NCBI GenBank assembly: GCA_051892315.1
Contig: JBJFGC010000489.1
Span: 1 to 27,561, forward strand
DNA: 27,561 bases
Direction of reading: 5' to 3'
Origin: Eubacteriales bacterium
Lineage (GTDB): Bacteria; Bacillota; Clostridia; Oscillospirales; CAG-272
Shown here: one piece after another, positions 24,241-27,561 of the stretch
Position numbering within the stretch: position 1 is the first letter of the stretch
How the letters are laid out: every line of letters begins with the position of its first letter
Made by a program: the position numbers and the translations under genes
Notes under the pieces: model-generated
The model's database searches: none
Seen by the model: the letters and a program-made list of their open reading frames with translations, nothing else
Told to the model about the DNA's origin: nothing

Positions 24241-25098
24241 TCAGGCGTAGAACTCATGGCCGCCGATGGACATGACGAATTTGCAGTTTTGGGGAATCCA
24301 GAGGCTGGTGGCGATGCTTTCGTTTAAGAAGTAGAGGATGGCTTCGCTCAGGACCGCGCCGTCCAGACACAGCTTGGCGGCGGCGATGGATTCTTCGTTC
24401 GGGTCCTGTTCGATGGCGCCGTTGATGGTCGGGGTGAACTGGACGCCGTGGTCGTTATCGAAAATCACTTCGTAGATGGTGTCCGGAAATTCCTCCGACT
24501 CGACCCGGTTCAGAATCACGTTGCCGACCGCGATTTTTCCGAGCAGCGGTTCTCCTTGTGCTTCCGCGTGGATGATTTTCGAGAGCCAGTAGACCTCATC
24601 CTTGTCGTAATAGTCTTCCGCGGGCACTACGGCGCTGCACAGACGGGTCAGGTAGGTGGTATTGTCCTCAAAAACGTAGGTCGTGTCAAAACCGAACGCC
24701 TTTGCTGCGCGGCTCAGCGGGACGTACAGAATGTCATTTTCCGTGAACACACCGTATTCGCACCACAGCATCCGACCGTTGGCCTCCAGATAAAACTCGT
24801 CCTCCGGCGCGCGCAGCGTCAGTGAATCGGTCCGGACGTAGGCAGCGCATTCCTCCTCGTCCCACCAGACGACCGAGTTGTCTGCCATGCACGCGAACTC
24901 CCGCAGCGAGACGTACGCGATGTCGTTGACGGACAGCAGACTCCCCTCGTAGGCGAAACCGTCCACGACAACGTCAAAGTCAGGCGTCTCGGTTTCATAG
25001 AGACAGTCCGCCGCCGCGGGAAGGGCAAGGGACGCGAAAAGAGCGATCAGCAGGGTAGGGATGAAAACGTTCTTCCTGGATTTTTTTGTTTTTCTCAT
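24241..25098 (-). CDS. SleB/CwlJ-like cell wall hydrolase (Hydrolase_2) with signal peptide and copper-amine-oxidase-like N-terminal domain
   Basis: LSKIIHAEAQGEP..GKIAVGNVILNRV...FPDTIYEVIF...QFTP, IGGHEFY; GGAGG SD. Confidence 0.9.
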   Translation of the reverse strand: MRKTKKSRKNVFIPTLLIALFASLALPAAADCLYETETPDFDVVVDGFAYEGSLLSVNDIAYVSLREFACMADNSVVWWDEEECAAYVRTDSLTLRAPEDEFYLEANGRMLWCEYGVFTENDILYVPLSRAAKAFGFDTTYVFEDNTTYLTRLCSAVVPAEDYYDKDEVYWLSKIIHAEAQGEPLLGKIAVGNVILNRVESEEFPDTIYEVIFDNDHGVQFTPTINGAIEQDPNEESIAAAKLCLDGAVLSEAILYFLNESIATSLWIPQNCKFVMSIGGHEFYA

Positions 25099-25332
25099 AA
25101 TTTTAATTCCTCCAATTGAAGTTGAATCGAAACGGACAATGCCGGAAAGCGAAATTCCATAAAGGAGACGATGGAAATCTTCTCCCTGTGCTTCCGATTA
25201 TACCATAATATCACCAAATTATTAACATGTAAATAATTCCAATCCATTTTTGGGTAAATTTTCCAATTTCCCGCCCAAAAAAGAAAAATCCGCAGAAAGA
25301 AAAGAGCGGACAGGATTTTTTACATTATAATA

Positions 25333-25361
25333 TGGATTTTTCATGCATTCTGTATTATAAT
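25333..25361 (+). promoter_or_regulatory. Possible sigma-A promoter for the solute-binding lipoprotein
   Basis: TGGATT (25333-25338), 17 bp, TATAAT (25356-25361) in an AT-rich intergenic region. Confidence 0.45.
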
Positions 25362-25426
25362 AAAACAGACGGTCTGAAAAGACTTCTGAAATTGATCGAA
25401 TTTTCCTTAAATGGAGTAAATTACAA

Positions 25427-26932
25427 ATGAAATGCAAGCGAATCCCGCCCTTTGCCGCGCTGGCTGCCGCAGCGGTTTTCCTCCTTCAGGCGACATCGTG
25501 CGGGTTTATCATAGTCAACGACATGACCGATCTTCCCTTATCGGAGACCGCAGCCTCTGCCGAAGAAGCTGCCGAAACCGAACGTTACACGGCGGAGGAA
25601 TATACCCGCTGGGTCGGGGAGGACAATTATACGCTGTCCCGAAGATATCTCGCGGAACTGCCGGAACGGGATTACGGCGGCGCGGTTTTTTTCATCACCA
25701 CCCCGACGAAGGATTACATCGATCCTGACGACACCGGTACGCAGCTCAACCGCCGGATTGTGGAACGGAATGAGGACGTGGCGGAACAGTTCGACGTCAC
25801 GCTTATCACTTCTGTGACGGACGCGTCGACCATGCTGTCGGAACTTACGCAGGCAGTCGCGGCGGATACGTATTACACGGACCTGCTGATGGTGCCGGTG
25901 TATTTGATCGGCCAGTTCCGTGCTGCGGATACGCTTATCAATATGCGCACGCTTCCGTTTTTTGACATCGAGCAGCCGTATTTCAATCAGGAGTCGTCCG
26001 ACATGACGTCCGGCGGTTACGCGACCTACGGTGTGGCGGGGGACGCGTGCATTTCTCCATCGGCATTTTCGGCGGTGTACATGAACAAAACCATCCTTGA
26101 GGAGGCCGGGGCAGACCCGTACGTCCTGTACCGTTCCGTGATCGACGGCACCTGGACGTGGGATGCCCTCATGGCGCTTACAGAAGCGGTCCGCACCGGC
26201 AACGACGAACGCGCAGCCGCCGGCCTTCCTGCCCGCTACACGATTACCACGCAGAATCCGGCGGAACGTCTCACGGACCTTGTGTTCAAGTCGGCAGGGA
26301 ACGATTACATCAAGACCGGCCGGCGCGCGATTCCGGTGATCGGTTATACCGCCAAATCCGTGCAGGGGACAATGGATGTGCTGGCCGCGCTGTACAGCGA
26401 TTCGTATGCCATCACCGACGCATCCGCGGGAGCGGTGAACTGTTTTTCCGGAGGCGAATCGGCGTTTCTTGTGGACTACCTGTACGTTATGGCGTGGATG
26501 ACCAACGCGTCCGCGGACTGGGGTGTCCTGCCGCTGCCGAAGGGGGACGAGGGGGATGAATACCGGACGCTGATTTCCAACACCGAGCTGGTGTTTGCTG
26601 TTCCGAAAAATCACACGAACGGAGAGGTTCCGGCGATTCTCCTGTCCGCGCTCAACGCCGCGTCGTACGGTTACCTGTACGACGAATACGTGGAGCATCA
26701 CATGATTGAGATTCTGCGCGACAACGATTCGGTGAACATGCTGGACCTGATTCTGGATACCGCCTCGTTCGACTTTGCACTGGCGTTCGGCAACGCCTAC
26801 CCGACGGTGGCCGACGCGACGTACCGCCTGATCCGGAGCTGTGCGGCGGACAACAATCTGGAGGATTTCTTCTCCGAGCGCAGAACCGCCGCGCAGGAAA
26901 CCCTGTCCAAGTACTTCCCGTTAAGACCCTGA
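25427..26932 (+). CDS. Extracellular solute-binding lipoprotein (family-1/carbohydrate SBP-like), no adjacent permease
   Basis: Lipobox FLLQATSC; VYMNKTILEE, GTWTWDAL, DWGVLPLPK, LRDNDSVNMLDLI segments resemble SBP_bac_1-type proteins. Confidence 0.75.
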   Translation: MKCKRIPPFAALAAAAVFLLQATSCGFIIVNDMTDLPLSETAASAEEAAETERYTAEEYTRWVGEDNYTLSRRYLAELPERDYGGAVFFITTPTKDYIDPDDTGTQLNRRIVERNEDVAEQFDVTLITSVTDASTMLSELTQAVAADTYYTDLLMVPVYLIGQFRAADTLINMRTLPFFDIEQPYFNQESSDMTSGGYATYGVAGDACISPSAFSAVYMNKTILEEAGADPYVLYRSVIDGTWTWDALMALTEAVRTGNDERAAAGLPARYTITTQNPAERLTDLVFKSAGNDYIKTGRRAIPVIGYTAKSVQGTMDVLAALYSDSYAITDASAGAVNCFSGGESAFLVDYLYVMAWMTNASADWGVLPLPKGDEGDEYRTLISNTELVFAVPKNHTNGEVPAILLSALNAASYGYLYDEYVEHHMIEILRDNDSVNMLDLILDTASFDFALAFGNAYPTVADATYRLIRSCAADNNLEDFFSERRTAAQETLSKYFPLRP

Positions 26933-26980
26933 CAAAGAACAGCTTTGTTTTCCATTTTTTATCTTTCAAGGAGATTTGCC

Positions 26981-27561
26981 ATGTTTCGTATTCAGGAAGA
27001 ACTCAGAAAGCCCGGCATCAAGCGCGTGATTCTTGATACCGATACGTACAACGAAATCGATGACCAATTTGCGCTTTCCCTGGCTATGCTCTCGCCGGAC
27101 AAAATCAACCTGGTCGCTGTCTGCGCCGCGCCGTTCCATAACGATCGGAGCGAATCCTACGCAGACGGGATGGAGCGCAGCTACCGCGAAATCGGCATCT
27201 GCACGAAGCTCGTGCAGCAGTCCCGCGGCGCTGCGATTCCGCCGTACTACCGCGGTTCCGTCGAGAGAATGCCGGATGAAAACACTCCCGTGCCTTCCGA
27301 GGCGGCCGAGGCCATCTGCCGCCACGTTATGGAGTCCGATGAAATGACGTATATCGCAGCCATCGGCGCGATTACGAACGTCTCCTCCGCCATTCTGCTG
27401 CATCCCGAAATCCGGGAGAAGATTGCCGTCATCTGGCTCGGCGGCGGAGCAAGATGGTTCAGCGCGTCCGAGTTCAACCTCAATGGTGACCGTAACGCGA
27501 CCAACGCTTTATATAAGTCCGGCGTGCCGCTTCTCCAGATGCCCGCGGCCGGCGTGACCTC
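26981..27561 (+). CDS. Nucleoside hydrolase (IUNH family), 3'-truncated by window end
   Basis: Not in the ORF track (no stop in window). AAGGAG SD then MFRIQEELRKPGIKRVILDTDTYNEIDDQFAL (DxDxxxxDD), IGAITNV, VIWLGG, EFNL. Confidence 0.9.
   Translation, partial: MFRIQEELRKPGIKRVILDTDTYNEIDDQFALSLAMLSPDKINLVAVCAAPFHNDRSESYADGMERSYREIGICTKLVQQSRGAAIPPYYRGSVERMPDENTPVPSEAAEAICRHVMESDEMTYIAAIGAITNVSSAILLHPEIREKIAVIWLGGGARWFSASEFNLNGDRNATNALYKSGVPLLQMPAAGVT

Overview
A 27.5-kb, GC-rich (roughly high-50s % by eye), mostly chromosomal-backbone window from a Firmicute, most likely a Clostridia/Oscillospirales-type anaerobe (inferred from sigma-A promoters, a T-box, HPr, a class B sortase, a SleB-like hydrolase and type-2 IleRS). 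In order: the acidic tail of a truncated gene; a transglutaminase-like protein and a GNAT acetyltransferase transcribed divergently across a triplicated 18-bp promoter element; a probable phosphotransferase remnant; a lysophospholipase-like hydrolase; a stand-alone SdhA/NadB-fold flavoprotein; an unknown secreted protein; the minus-strand run ileS(T-box)-ptsH-uvrC-rsmD-coaD; an esterase, Gfo/Idh/MocA oxidoreductase, M48 peptidase, YqeG-type phosphatase and a lipoprotein; Xaa-Pro peptidase; tRNA-Val(CAC); class B sortase, RlmA-like methyltransferase and GT2; a SleB-like cell-wall hydrolase; an orphan solute-binding lipoprotein; and a truncated nucleoside hydrolase. I saw no transposase, integrase, CRISPR array or defence system. 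The most interesting signals are non-coding: (1) a dispersed family of short GGGGAG..CTTTTT-loop-AAAAAG..CTCCCC palindromes (5 clear and 1-2 degenerate copies), one of them inside the ileS leader between an SD-like AGGAG and the start codon; (2) an Ile T-box whose antiterminator bulge reads UGGUAGA rather than UGGNACC; (3) the 18-bp triplication that multiplies the -35 boxes of two back-to-back promoters. All family assignments come from motif recognition by eye; no database searches were run.
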